Shown: positions 1 through 9,569, counted from the stretch's first letter. The stretch: 40,969 bases of DNA from a virus (IMGVR_UViG_3300005512_003810:1-40969); one strand, 5' to 3'. Notes: generated by a model not told the origin, from the letters alone. Program-made: numbers and translations.

Positions 1-474
1 AGCATCGAAGATCATTTTGGATTTCGGTGATCTGTTGAATATCAATATGGTCGCCCACACCATGTCTATCATGCTGAACCTGTCACGTGGTTGTTGATCG
101 GTGACCATTAGGTCATGTGCTTGTTTGCTGACCAAGAAGTCGTATCCGGTGTCTAGGAACTGCCTTAGGTTGTCCGTGAAAGGGAAGTAATCTATGTCCA
201 TCACCAGGGTGGTATCGTAGGGTGATAGATCATATGCAAGGTGTCGATCCACGTTCATCCATGGCTTTCCGTCTTTTTTGTTGCCCTGCTCCGGTGTGGT
301 CAATTTGTAATTCACATGTCCGACATCGCCGATCTTGTGGAACGTGTCAATGTCGGTGACCACTGTGATGGGAAGTTTTAGATTCTTACGTATCAGTCTA
401 ACACACCTGCGAAGTATCCTGTGGTACCTGGAGGTTTCGGTGTCAAAACAAAACAGCAATACCCCTTTGCTCAT
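1..474 (-). CDS. GT-A fold glycosyltransferase-like protein (partial, runs off the left edge; absent from the ORF track)
   Basis: ATG at 474-472 overlaps the TAA of the upstream gene. Manual translation MSKGVLLFCFDTETSRYHRILRRCVRLIRKNLKLPITVVTD...HLAYDLSPYDTTLVMDIDYFPF...MVWATILIFNRSPKSKMIFDA is open to position 1. SPYDxTLxxDxD is a GT-A DxD motif. Confidence 0.75.
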   Translation of the reverse strand, partial: MSKGVLLFCFDTETSRYHRILRRCVRLIRKNLKLPITVVTDIDTFHKIGDVGHVNYKLTTPEQGNKKDGKPWMNVDRHLAYDLSPYDTTLVMDIDYFPFTDNLRQFLDTGYDFLVSKQAHDLMVTDQQPRDRFSMIDMVWATILIFNRSPKSKMIFDA

Positions 475-791
475 TATTCAAATCTCTTGTGAAATGTCTT
501 ATAGATCTGATGATAGGTGTTGAGCGATTCCTGATATCTTGTTATTAACAAACTTAAAAACTCAGTAGGTTCCTTTATATGAACTGGATTATCATTAGTA
601 TCTAAGACAAAGAATGTGTCGTTGTGTTTGTTGAGTGTTTCCACCAAGCATATGGTCTGGGCATCCGCCTTGAATATGTGTTCTTTGTACACTACAACCT
701 GTCGTGAGTGTGCCTTCTCCAAGGCATTGCGCTTGGCGATTGCAGTGTCGTAAGAAAGGTCAGATTGTTTTTTTAGTTCACTGATGTCCAT
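474..791 (-). CDS. Small hypothetical phage protein (possible fibre assembly or modification accessory factor)
   Basis: 105-aa ORF with a near-consensus sigma70 promoter directly upstream; coupled (TAATG) to the glycosyltransferase. Function guessed from context only. Confidence 0.65.
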   Translation of the reverse strand: MDISELKKQSDLSYDTAIAKRNALEKAHSRQVVVYKEHIFKADAQTICLVETLNKHNDTFFVLDTNDNPVHIKEPTEFLSLLITRYQESLNTYHQIYKTFHKRFE

Positions 792-797
792 ACCACA

Positions 798-826
798 ATT
801 ATATGATAATTATGGCAGGAAATCAA
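798..826 (-). promoter_or_regulatory. sigma70-type promoter TTGATT-N17-TATAAT, probably leaderless
   Basis: Minus strand reads TTGATT tcctgccataattatca TATAAT tgtggt ATG; the -10 box ends 6 nt before the ATG at 791. Confidence 0.75.
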
Positions 827-839
827 CCTGGTAAAATTA

Positions 840-1799
840 TTATGCCGTGGTGTTAGACACCGTCGCAGTCGAGCTTGGTGCAAATCCTGTGCCAAGTCCC
901 TCTGATGTATTAGGATCCAATGTGAACAGTGTCGTCACCATCCTTGGCGTGTCGTTGATCGCCGCCGGTACACCTGAAGTGTTGGGTGACGTGTACTGTG
1001 AGTCATCCGCTGGGTCAGTGGCTATCATCTTGATGGTCATCGTGACAGCGGTGCCCACCGCCGCGTCCAACTTGGCCTGTATCTCAACAGCGTTGGAAGT
1101 GTAACTACTGTTGTCTGAAGTCAGTTTGATCAGCGTGGTGTATGAAGTGCTTAGGTTATGGAAACCGTTCGCGAGACCATTTGTGGTCAGACCCTCACCT
1201 GATCCCGATCTCAGTGTCGACTGAGCCGCGATGTCGATGTTGCCCAGTGCTGAGCCTAGGTCTATGAATGATTGGTCTTTTGGATTTGTCGAACTCTGTG
1301 TGGTTCCAACTGTTACCCTGACCTTACCGCCCGCGTTGAAGAAGTGTCTCATGGTGTCCGCGTTAGCGAATGTGACAGAAACTTCCTGTGTGGCCGACGT
1401 GTCCCAGCCCTCTGATGCCGTGGTCACGGTCTGTAGTGCTGATGATGTGGTCAATGCTGTAGCGTTTGGTGAACCTGCCGCGATCGAAGCCGCCAGTGTG
1501 GCCAGATCAGCTTCCACTGCCGCCTTGATGGCGATGGTGTCTCCCGCTGACACCTGTGTTCTTGAAGTCAGTGTGTCATTGGTGTGATTAGCGATGTTGT
1601 CCATTGAAGTGAATAATGTGTTCCATTGTGAAGCCGTGATAGTATCTCCCGCTCCTATTGTTGCAATCGTGGTCTGCCCAAGACCATATACCCCTGATCC
1701 CGTACCCGCGAAATGGTTGTACCCGAATGGTGAACTTGAACTGTTCACGAACGTGTTGTATTCGTCGTCTAAAATCTTTTCCCCTGCTACGTATCCCAT
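840..1799 (-). CDS. Ser/Thr/Ala-rich virion structural protein (fibre-associated)
   Basis: 319 aa, T/S/A/G-rich, with motifs GYxxGxxIxxxEYN, GLGQ...ITASQWNTL and F-x-NADxMRHFFNAGG resembling jumbo-phage structural proteins that follow tail fibres. Confidence 0.65.
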   Translation of the reverse strand: MGYVAGEKILDDEYNTFVNSSSSPFGYNHFAGTGSGVYGLGQTTIATIGAGDTITASQWNTLFTSMDNIANHTNDTLTSRTQVSAGDTIAIKAAVEADLATLAASIAAGSPNATALTTSSALQTVTTASEGWDTSATQEVSVTFANADTMRHFFNAGGKVRVTVGTTQSSTNPKDQSFIDLGSALGNIDIAAQSTLRSGSGEGLTTNGLANGFHNLSTSYTTLIKLTSDNSSYTSNAVEIQAKLDAAVGTAVTMTIKMIATDPADDSQYTSPNTSGVPAAINDTPRMVTTLFTLDPNTSEGLGTGFAPSSTATVSNTTA

Positions 1800-1803
1800 A
1801 AAA

Positions 1804-3438
1804 TTATTTCACTCCTATTACACACTCTGTCAGTGCTGTTTCTTCATTATATTTAGTTTTAATAAGCCTTCCTAGCACATTAAAATGGGTACATTCGTCT
1901 ATATTTGCAACTCTTGCCTCGCCATTGCCAGCACTCACTATGCGATCTCCCGCCTGTCCAGTACCTTTTATTTTGACGAAAACACGGCCCTTCAGTGCTA
2001 TCATGGGGTGCGTATCATTGTTGCCCGCCTGTGCATTCATTAAAAATGCCGGTGATTCTGACACCACACCAAACACGGCGTCTGACAGCTCTGTCTGACA
2101 CAGGGTTATTTCCGCTCCGTTTATCGGCGTCGTGCCGCCCAGTATCACAACATCTCCCACTTCAACGGGAGTGTCGGTCTCGTATCTCTCAGCCAAGTCA
2201 GCGTACTGCGCCGATGTTGAAATAGCATGTACAACGTTAGCTCTTATATCCACTAGTGTTGCCGCACCGAGTTCGGCATCCGATCCAGACTTGAATGCCG
2301 TCCAAGCACCTCCGGAATTACCGTATATGGTTGTTCCATCATCCGCAAAAGTCTCGTCCCATACCCAAAATAGATCCTGCTCTGTGGCACTGGAAGTCTC
2401 ACCCCTGTTGACCTTAAGTCCTGAGTAGTTAGGCATTCCTGCCGCACTCGAGATGTTCCTGTTCAATTCTATGATGTTGTCTTCAACTGTCAGTGTTGAG
2501 GTATTGCTTGTGACAGTATCGCCGTCTATGGTGAGGTTTCCTGTGATCCTGATGTCACCAGTGTCTCCCGCCATGGTCATCACTGTCTTTGTGATCCCAC
2601 CATCGTTGACTTTGAAAATTATGTCTCCATCTTCTGTCACATTGGCTATGGTGAAATTATCGCCTGACATAGTCATCTCTATATCGTTGCTGGCACCAAT
2701 TCTTAATCCGTTGTCGTTCTGTATCTCTAAATGTCCTGTGGTACTATCGTTCTGGTCTGACCTCAGGAAGTTAGAAACCGCCACACCGCCCAGTGCATCT
2801 GAATCAGTTGCCGTTCCCCTGAACTTGGCGTTTGAAACTGTGCTTGAAAGTTGTATTCCTTGCGACACTGATGAGAAACCTGCCGCTATGAGTGCCGCCG
2901 CGGCTTCTTCTGACGAGCTAGGAGTGAATGCTAAATTAGAAATTACACCTACCACAGTGTCTTGAGTAACTAGTTTCAGTATTGACCTATAAACACCTGT
3001 GTTGTCTAGTACGGTCTCTGTTACTACCTGGGTAACACCAGATCCTGAAATTGTTGTTGGTCCGATCAAAGTCCACACAGATCCTGTATACACATATAAC
3101 TGTGTGTTCGCTGTGTCAAACCATAGATCACCTTGTACTGCGTTAGTAGGCGAAGTTGCCGAGTTGGTGGTCGACCCTACCGGTTTCCATTTTATTCCTG
3201 TATAAACATTGATCTGCTTATTAGTTTGATCAAACCATAATTGTCCCTGTATCTTGTTTGCAGGAGCAGAAGTATTATTAAAATTTTCTAGTATCTTGAC
3301 GAAGTTCTCATTCAGTTTCTCTCCAAACCCAGCATAGCCTTTTCCAAATAAAGTAACGTCCGTTGTGGCGGTGTCTATGGTTCCATCTGGAAGTGTGACT
3401 AGTAAAGTACCGAATGTGTTGTTAATTTTGTACGCCAT
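1804..3438 (-). CDS. Tail fibre/baseplate protein with C-terminal Peptidase_G2-like intramolecular chaperone
   Basis: N-terminus MAYxIN...LFGKGYAGFGEKLNENFxxILENF...QGQLWFD is typical of jumbo-phage fibre anchors. C-terminus SAQYADLAERY...GDVV...VFGVVS...PAFLMN...IALKGRVFVK...GDRIV resembles the auto-cleaving chaperone of phi29 gp12-like fibres. Confidence 0.8.
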   Translation of the reverse strand: MAYKINNTFGTLLVTLPDGTIDTATTDVTLFGKGYAGFGEKLNENFVKILENFNNTSAPANKIQGQLWFDQTNKQINVYTGIKWKPVGSTTNSATSPTNAVQGDLWFDTANTQLYVYTGSVWTLIGPTTISGSGVTQVVTETVLDNTGVYRSILKLVTQDTVVGVISNLAFTPSSSEEAAAALIAAGFSSVSQGIQLSSTVSNAKFRGTATDSDALGGVAVSNFLRSDQNDSTTGHLEIQNDNGLRIGASNDIEMTMSGDNFTIANVTEDGDIIFKVNDGGITKTVMTMAGDTGDIRITGNLTIDGDTVTSNTSTLTVEDNIIELNRNISSAAGMPNYSGLKVNRGETSSATEQDLFWVWDETFADDGTTIYGNSGGAWTAFKSGSDAELGAATLVDIRANVVHAISTSAQYADLAERYETDTPVEVGDVVILGGTTPINGAEITLCQTELSDAVFGVVSESPAFLMNAQAGNNDTHPMIALKGRVFVKIKGTGQAGDRIVSAGNGEARVANIDECTHFNVLGRLIKTKYNEETALTECVIGVK

Positions 3439-3445
3439 GTACGGA

Positions 3446-3452
3446 TATTTAT
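3446..3452 (-). promoter_or_regulatory. T4-like late promoter core (ATAAATA)
   Basis: Minus strand ATAAATA tccgtac ATG; overlaps the TAA of the last island gene and sits 7 nt before the fibre ATG. Confidence 0.6.
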
Positions 3453-4333
3453 GCTGGAATCAAAGGCTTTGTGTACCTGCTAAACGGAGTGTAATACCCC
3501 ACTAATCTGTTGTTGTAATAGGGGTCTTTCTTCATCAAGTGCAGGGTCAACCCTATCTTGTATCCACAGCCGTGCTTACGATAATCAACGGGTGCATGAA
3601 GTACACTGGCATCATGTATAATTGCGCACCTGGGTCTCCATGGTAACACTTTCTCTATGCTCAACCCCTCGTAGATGCTCATGGGTATGTGGGCGGGCAT
3701 TATGTCTTTGAGTATCTGTTGATCACGTTCATTGTGTTCCAGATTCTCCACACCATACTCCTCATAGCTCTGGTGTCGGATCACATTGGCGTAGTTGGCG
3801 AAACTGCCTATGTGCCTACCCCTCATGAAGTGCGTGGCCCTGCCCCTGTAACGCTGATTAAAGGTCACGTACTCTGATTCCACGATCTTATCAAGTTCCA
3901 CAGGTATTATGATGTCCTTGTAGGGACGGTATCCGTTGAGGTGGGTGACGGCGTCTGTGTGCAGTCCGTAGGGTTTCACTGACTTGAAGAACTGGTCGCC
4001 GACACTGATGGGGTCATCTGTTGCGATGTCGCTGTAAAATACTATGTCATCTCCGAAGTGTTCATATATTTTTGGCCTCACAATGTCATCGATGTCCGAT
4101 ATGGCCATGGGATAGGTTATATGTAACACATGGTCATTTATGTTTATCCCTATCCTATCAAAGTTATCTTTAAAAAATGCTGACAGCAGATCGCATTCTG
4201 CATCATTTATGAAATCTTCTACCACATAACTTTCATCATTCTGATCTTTGAACATAGTGGTGTTAGGATCATGGATAATATCCATGTTCAAAAGTTCTTC
4301 CTGCGAGAACGGTCTATCTGTTTTGTATTTCAC
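3449..4333 (-). CDS. 2OG-Fe(II) dioxygenase-like protein
   Basis: FINDAEC N-terminal motif, HxD (YGLHTD), distal His (VLHAP), then KIGLT. Confidence 0.6.
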   Translation of the reverse strand: MKYKTDRPFSQEELLNMDIIHDPNTTMFKDQNDESYVVEDFINDAECDLLSAFFKDNFDRIGININDHVLHITYPMAISDIDDIVRPKIYEHFGDDIVFYSDIATDDPISVGDQFFKSVKPYGLHTDAVTHLNGYRPYKDIIIPVELDKIVESEYVTFNQRYRGRATHFMRGRHIGSFANYANVIRHQSYEEYGVENLEHNERDQQILKDIMPAHIPMSIYEGLSIEKVLPWRPRCAIIHDASVLHAPVDYRKHGCGYKIGLTLHLMKKDPYYNNRLVGYYTPFSRYTKPLIPA

Positions 4334-4802
4334 TCGGTATCCTCTCTATGATCTCTGCCCATGGATGACGTATGCAGAACTTCAACATGAGCCTGTCATA
4401 AGGAACTGGGTCTACCCAATGCTTCAGTTTGCCGTTTTCCAACAAAACACACTCATATGGGACTTGTTGATCCTCTACTACCATAACTGGAGTTTGATCT
4501 AATAGATTTATTTGTATGCTGGTCATGTCATCCTCATCAACATGCGGAGGCACATTGTTGTTTGCGAACAAGTAAGCAAAACGGGGATAGGTGTTCATCC
4601 CCCATATTCCAAGATCCTGCTCCACTTCCTTTGTGAGATGTCTGATGTCTGATTCGTCTGGTAGATACACCTTCCACCACGACAACTTCTGTTCAAACTT
4701 CTTCCACTGATACCATTCACCACGTTGGTGGATGTCGTAGAATATTTTCCTGTATTTCTCTTTGTCTATTCTGTAATCAAGATGGATCAAATTCATAGGC
4801 AT
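4314..4802 (-). CDS. AspH-like / 2OG-Fe(II) dioxygenase
   Basis: VPPHVD...KHWV...DRLMLK: HxD...H facial triad plus 2OG-binding Arg; SD GGAG upstream. Confidence 0.7.
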   Translation of the reverse strand: MPMNLIHLDYRIDKEKYRKIFYDIHQRGEWYQWKKFEQKLSWWKVYLPDESDIRHLTKEVEQDLGIWGMNTYPRFAYLFANNNVPPHVDEDDMTSIQINLLDQTPVMVVEDQQVPYECVLLENGKLKHWVDPVPYDRLMLKFCIRHPWAEIIERIPSEIQNR

Positions 4803-5262
4803 GAGCTCCTTTGAAAAACTTTAAACACTTGTAAAATTCGATGCAGTCCTCTATGTCCTCCTCGAACGATATGTTCAAATTTATTCGTTTGTTACTGTTG
4901 TTGAATACCGCGTGTCTGACCTGTGTGTTTAGGAACATGGGTTTTGAAATTTCCGCATGCTCAAAACTACAAGGGGCGTAATCCTCACTCAGGGGATATA
5001 TCAAAGCAGTATTGCGTCTGCCGCCGTCGGTGTGCCATTCTTGCACGGCATTGGGACGTATCATTAAAAGGTAACAGTTCCTGCCATGGAACGTCATGTT
5101 TAGATCATAGAAGTTCAGCACAGTAGGTTTCCCGGTCCTCGTGGATTTGTGTGTGGTCCAATCCTCATCTTTGAGATCCATTCCTATCCTGAGCAGTCTG
5201 TCCTTGACTTCGGAATCTAAGAACTCAGGTAACTCGTAATGGCTTAGATTGCTAGGCATCAC
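4777..5262 (-). CDS. AspH-like / 2OG-Fe(II) dioxygenase
   Basis: IRPNAVQEWHTD...NTQVRHAVFNNSNKRINL; start may be the ATG at 5259. Confidence 0.7.
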   Translation of the reverse strand: MMPSNLSHYELPEFLDSEVKDRLLRIGMDLKDEDWTTHKSTRTGKPTVLNFYDLNMTFHGRNCYLLMIRPNAVQEWHTDGGRRNTALIYPLSEDYAPCSFEHAEISKPMFLNTQVRHAVFNNSNKRINLNISFEEDIEDCIEFYKCLKFFKGAHAYEFDPS

Positions 5263-5905
5263 TGTTCCCCCTTTCCATCATTTTCTTGTATGACCTTTCT
5301 ATTATCTGTGCGGGTACTTTTCCACTGTATATGATATGTAATCTCTGTTCACTGCTGTTGTTCTCTACCCAATGTTTGTCATAGAGATTCATCATGTTGA
5401 CCGGATTTGAATCAAAATCAATGATGCCTGCTCTCTCATTATGGAAATGGCATCCACTGGGATTGGTTATGGCGATGTTGGCTCCGTGTAGATTACTGTA
5501 CCGACTGTCTCTGTGCACCGCGATCTTTCCTCCCGGCTCTAACAGACTGAAATAGATCCTGCCAACGAAGTTGTCTTCTCCAAAGGTGTCCTTGAACCAC
5601 TGCACTGTGATGGGACAATTATTTGCCACAGCCTTCCAGACGTGTTTATCGGTGCTCACAAAACCGTTCCTATCTGAACTCACTGTGGTTTCAATTTTCT
5701 CTGGGGCATACAGCTCGAGGCTGTTCCAACCCACGAATCTGGGATCAAACGATCCGTCGGTCTTTCGGTGGGGTGATGCTTTATTTTTTACCAAATTCCA
5801 TTCTTCAAAAATCTGCGTTTTTGGAACATCAATGTCCAAGGGCAAATGACTTATGCCACTTTGGAATATAATCCAATCCGAATCCATATTCAAATTATCA
5901 GACAT
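5252..5905 (-). CDS. Aspartyl/asparaginyl beta-hydroxylase-family dioxygenase
   Basis: WNSLEL...CPIT...FSLLEPGGKIAVHRD...KHWVENNSSEQRLHII, the classic Asp_Arg_Hydrox family pattern. Confidence 0.8.
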   Translation of the reverse strand: MSDNLNMDSDWIIFQSGISHLPLDIDVPKTQIFEEWNLVKNKASPHRKTDGSFDPRFVGWNSLELYAPEKIETTVSSDRNGFVSTDKHVWKAVANNCPITVQWFKDTFGEDNFVGRIYFSLLEPGGKIAVHRDSRYSNLHGANIAITNPSGCHFHNERAGIIDFDSNPVNMMNLYDKHWVENNSSEQRLHIIYSGKVPAQIIERSYKKMMERGNSDA

Positions 5906-6567
5906 CTTTGGAACCCTCTGAGGCTTTTTTTAGAAAATTTTGTGTGGTGCCACTCACCTTTGAATCTTTCTGCCAGCCAGTCGTCGTCATAAAAGGTCCA
6001 TAACCATTGCTCTGGCTTCTCTGTCTTGAGATAGAAAGCATCATGTTTTGATATGTCGTCCCACATGTTGGGCTCTATGTTCCTCCATTTGCATATCATG
6101 TCATAGGCATCTCTATCCCTTGTTGAATAATAAGTGAACAATACTTGGTCGCAGTGCGATTTTAAAACATCTATGATGTCTTTTGCTTCTTCATAGGTGA
6201 AATGTGTGAACACGGAAAAAGCAACACAGACATCGTAATGATTTTTCAATGGTGGCACACGCTCTTTGCCGTTAGGATTGTACATGTAGTTGTACCCATC
6301 GTAGGATATCCACTTGTACTGTGGAAAATGAAATTTGTTGTAGTTGGCTGTTTCCTCTGATATCTCCATCCCTGTGTAACTGCCGTGTGGTTTGAAACTT
6401 ACAAAATTTCCACGACCACAACCAAAATCCAATACGCTCTTGCCCTCGAACTGTGTGTACTGCTCGAAGTATTGCCTTATAGATCCCCTGCCCCAATACA
6501 CTCCACGCATATCTGTCTCACCTTCAGACAGGTAAAGATTCCTTGCTTTGAGGCCCGGTTCAGTCAT
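5890..6567 (-). CDS. Class I SAM-dependent methyltransferase
   Basis: SVLDFGCGRG (motif I), YTGMEIS, YDVCVAFSVFTH; SD AGGAGG upstream. Confidence 0.85.
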   Translation of the reverse strand: MTEPGLKARNLYLSEGETDMRGVYWGRGSIRQYFEQYTQFEGKSVLDFGCGRGNFVSFKPHGSYTGMEISEETANYNKFHFPQYKWISYDGYNYMYNPNGKERVPPLKNHYDVCVAFSVFTHFTYEEAKDIIDVLKSHCDQVLFTYYSTRDRDAYDMICKWRNIEPNMWDDISKHDAFYLKTEKPEQWLWTFYDDDWLAERFKGEWHHTKFSKKSLRGFQRCLII

Positions 6568-7264
6568 TCGCCTCCTTTATGGCCACCGCTCCTACAAACA
6601 TGTGATCCATCCAAAATGGTTGTACTAATTTAAAGCCGGCATCACCGAGCATGAGATTTATTTCAGCCCATGTGTTAGGTTTCAACATACTTCTCAATTT
6701 TTGTTCCTTAGCCAATATTTCATCAGAGGTAAAATGAGTGGACTTGTAGTCATAGTAGTTGAAAGTAAGCATTTCTTGGAATCTCGCATCAGTACACACT
6801 ATTTTTTCAGCGAATACAAAACACCCGCCCTTGTTGAGACCTTTGTAAATCTTTTTTATCATCGATGCCCTATCCTTCACTGGTAAAAATTGTAATGTGA
6901 AAAGAGAGGTCACTAAAGAACAGTTTTCAAACTTATAATTGCGTATGTCGTCCTCTACGAATTCCAATTTAGTGCCAGAGTATGACTCATGGATATATTT
7001 TTTGGTTTGTGCCATTGATTCGGAAAAACTTTTTTCAATTTCTATACCCACATAGTCACATTGTATACGATTTTTTTCTATGATTTTCTTGAGAAGTCTT
7101 CCGGTAGAACAGCCTAGGTCTACCACTGTTGTATCTTGGTCAACAAAATATTGTGACAGATTCACGACATCCTGTAACAAGTTTCCATAACCACGTATGG
7201 ACTTTTTAATGTGCTCATCAAAGTTTTCTGTTTTTCCGTGTCCAAATGTAAATCTATGGTTCAT
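6560..7264 (-). CDS. cmoA: CmoA-like carboxy-SAM synthase / methyltransferase-fold protein
   Basis: FDEHIKKSIRGY, VVDLGCSTG, DIRNYKFENCSLVTSLFTLQFL, IYKGLNKGGCFVFAEK and AGF...F match the CmoA family throughout. Confidence 0.75.
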   Translation of the reverse strand: MNHRFTFGHGKTENFDEHIKKSIRGYGNLLQDVVNLSQYFVDQDTTVVDLGCSTGRLLKKIIEKNRIQCDYVGIEIEKSFSESMAQTKKYIHESYSGTKLEFVEDDIRNYKFENCSLVTSLFTLQFLPVKDRASMIKKIYKGLNKGGCFVFAEKIVCTDARFQEMLTFNYYDYKSTHFTSDEILAKEQKLRSMLKPNTWAEINLMLGDAGFKLVQPFWMDHMFVGAVAIKEAND

Positions 7265-7265
7265 A

Positions 7266-8234
7266 TTATCCTTTATTAAGATCCTGTACTAAGGCATTAT
7301 ATTCATGAGAATACACCGAATTACAGTGTCCATACTTCTGCATTAATATAGTTCTACATTTCAAATCAAGATCCATAATCTGTTCAAACCCTGTCTGCTT
7401 TTTTGCCTGGATCAAATTAGGAAATCCTTCTTCGTAAATCTTTTTCTTGCTTAATTCTATGTCAATTTCTCCCCATTCCTTGCATTCTGTGAGATGTTTG
7501 GCCCATGGGTGTTGTAGGAATGATAGTAGCAATTCCGGAGTGTACACAAAAAAACCAGGCACAGCCGGTTTGTCCTTTAACATGGGATACCGAAACACCG
7601 ACATGTGTTTTTCGTGTCTCTTCACATACCATGGAACTTTTGGATATTCTTTTATTTCTCGTTCTATCACTGTCATTGTTTTTAAATCCCAACTCCAGTA
7701 TTTTGAAAAATCCCTATGGACTATGTTTGTGTTGTAACCCAATATTGGTACACCTTTTACACGATCATACAACCACATGAACACCAGCATCTGTGGTGAA
7801 GGGCATTTGGAAAATTCAGCATATTCGAAGGCCTCAGATTCAAGGAACTCTGCCACGTCTAATTTGTGTACGATGGGGTTGATCTTGTTGATCTCACAAA
7901 ATTTATAAGCACATTCCACATCCTGGGAATTAAGGTTGTCCTTGAACTCTGTGATATTCACATTGACCTGTATGTCCTGTTCTAGAAAACTCCTTAACAT
8001 GACTTCGCTATCTGCACCTCCGCTGTACATCACATCAATAGGCAACGACAACGCATATACCCTGTCCCGGATCAGCCTGGCCGCCCTGAAACACTCCTCT
8101 TTGAACGTACCGACTGTTTGGCTGGCTGTGCCATAACCTACCCAAAACTCATCATCCCTGCTCTGCCGTTGATTGTAGTCAATTCCGTTGTATCCAAATT
8201 TGAAATAGTTGTTTAGAGTGTACTCAAACATCAC
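7266..8234 (-). CDS. PP-loop ATP pyrophosphatase (adenine nucleotide alpha-hydrolase; AsnB/QueC/TilS superfamily)
   Basis: IDVMYSGGADSEVML PP-loop (SGGxDS); likely start is the ATG at 8231 (TGATG overlap). Confidence 0.7.
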   Translation of the reverse strand: MMFEYTLNNYFKFGYNGIDYNQRQSRDDEFWVGYGTASQTVGTFKEECFRAARLIRDRVYALSLPIDVMYSGGADSEVMLRSFLEQDIQVNVNITEFKDNLNSQDVECAYKFCEINKINPIVHKLDVAEFLESEAFEYAEFSKCPSPQMLVFMWLYDRVKGVPILGYNTNIVHRDFSKYWSWDLKTMTVIEREIKEYPKVPWYVKRHEKHMSVFRYPMLKDKPAVPGFFVYTPELLLSFLQHPWAKHLTECKEWGEIDIELSKKKIYEEGFPNLIQAKKQTGFEQIMDLDLKCRTILMQKYGHCNSVYSHEYNALVQDLNKG

Positions 8235-8740
8235 TGCAATTCCTCGAATCCAACATCGTGTATTCCCATGTGAAACACTATCCTCTCCTTTGATGGAGAT
8301 CTCACCCCGTGCGGCTTCTTGGTGTTCAATACCACCATGGAATCATACAGTATGCTGTCCTTGTCTCTGCCGTCATCGAAATACAGTTCTCCTGTGTTCT
8401 CGGTGATAGGTATTACGAACGAACACTTGCTTTTCTGATCGACGTGTACTGGGAGTTCTCCTCCTTCTAACACACGGAAAAAGTTACATCTGAACTCGTG
8501 TGGTCTGAATCCAAACGTGTTCCATATATTCTTTATCAACCTCAGTAGTTTTCTATCAAAATTATGTATTTCCTGCACAAAGAATCTATTCATCTTTTTG
8601 CCACCGGTGGCCTCATCAACATACTCAGAATACAACTTGTTGCTGTCCTCCCATTTGCCATTGAAGTAATCATCCCAGAAACCTGGATCTACCTTGAAAT
8701 CTGTTTCTATGAAGAAATTTTTATGCCAGATTTTTTTCAT
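8231..8740 (-). CDS. AspH-like / 2OG-Fe(II) dioxygenase
   Basis: FFRVLEGGELPVHVD...NTKKPHGV...ERIVFH; start placed at MKKIWH (8740), alternative 8767. Confidence 0.72.
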   Translation of the reverse strand: MKKIWHKNFFIETDFKVDPGFWDDYFNGKWEDSNKLYSEYVDEATGGKKMNRFFVQEIHNFDRKLLRLIKNIWNTFGFRPHEFRCNFFRVLEGGELPVHVDQKSKCSFVIPITENTGELYFDDGRDKDSILYDSMVVLNTKKPHGVRSPSKERIVFHMGIHDVGFEELQ

Positions 8741-9569
8741 GTGTTTTTTGTCGTTCCATGATCTCATCTAGATCCTGTTGTCCCTGTAAGGATATTATAA
8801 TATGTGATCTAGTGGTTGATCCCTTGTTCCAGGCGGAGTGCCTCATACCTTGGTTCAAGAACCAACAAGATCCAGGTTCCATGGTTTGGTAGACTTTTTG
8901 TCCCGACTTGTCAACACAGTAAAACCCGCACTTGTCGTTGGTTGTAATGGGTATGTGGAAACGCACCGAATAGTCGGTGTTGTAATCTATGTGTTCAGCA
9001 ACATAGGCCCCAGGATCCATTATCGCTATCCTGGCCCTTGTGGTCTCTGCCTTGAATGATGTTATCACTTCCTCCAGATATGTGCCTTTAACCCAGTCCT
9101 TGATCTTGTTGTAGTGCCTTTCGTCAAGCCTGCTCTTGGGTATCTTTTTGTCATACACCCTCTTCTCTTCGTCTGGATTGTACTGTGTCAGTGCTATCTG
9201 TTTGTAGGGAGATCCATTGACCTCATACTTGCCATTCTCATCCTTCTGTATGTAATTCTCAAAAGGCTTCACGTAGTTCCTGTAGTCCCAAGCCATCCTC
9301 TTGTTGCCCAGTCCCTTGCGCAATTCAGATTCCTCAACATCGTTGTCCTGTAGGAACTTGTAGGCGTCCTCTATGGAATCAAACTTCAGACCAAACGCCT
9401 TCTGAAGTTTGGGTGCTTTGCCCCCTACCTTGACCCCATATCCATACTTGGTCTTGAGATCATCTTCAGCCACGGGCATGTCCTGTACTACCTTGATCAT
9501 CCTGTCCACGTCAAAGGTTTGGTCCAGTTTCAAGAAAGGTGGTAATTCGTATCTAGTCTTTAATTTCAT
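8721..9569 (-). CDS. Aspartyl/asparaginyl beta-hydroxylase-family dioxygenase
   Basis: RARIAIMDPGAYVAEHIDY...RFHIPITTN...NQGMRHSAWNKGSTTRSHII; start moved to ATG 9569 (AGGA SD upstream). Confidence 0.8.
   Translation of the reverse strand: MKLKTRYELPPFLKLDQTFDVDRMIKVVQDMPVAEDDLKTKYGYGVKVGGKAPKLQKAFGLKFDSIEDAYKFLQDNDVEESELRKGLGNKRMAWDYRNYVKPFENYIQKDENGKYEVNGSPYKQIALTQYNPDEEKRVYDKKIPKSRLDERHYNKIKDWVKGTYLEEVITSFKAETTRARIAIMDPGAYVAEHIDYNTDYSVRFHIPITTNDKCGFYCVDKSGQKVYQTMEPGSCWFLNQGMRHSAWNKGSTTRSHIIISLQGQQDLDEIMERQKTHEKNLA

Noticed and set aside
7266-8234. PP-loop protein as QueC of a 7-deazaguanine DNA modification pathway
   Set aside because: No C-terminal Zn-binding Cys motif, and no folE/queD/queE/dpdA partners in the window; the radical SAM protein is not QueE-like.
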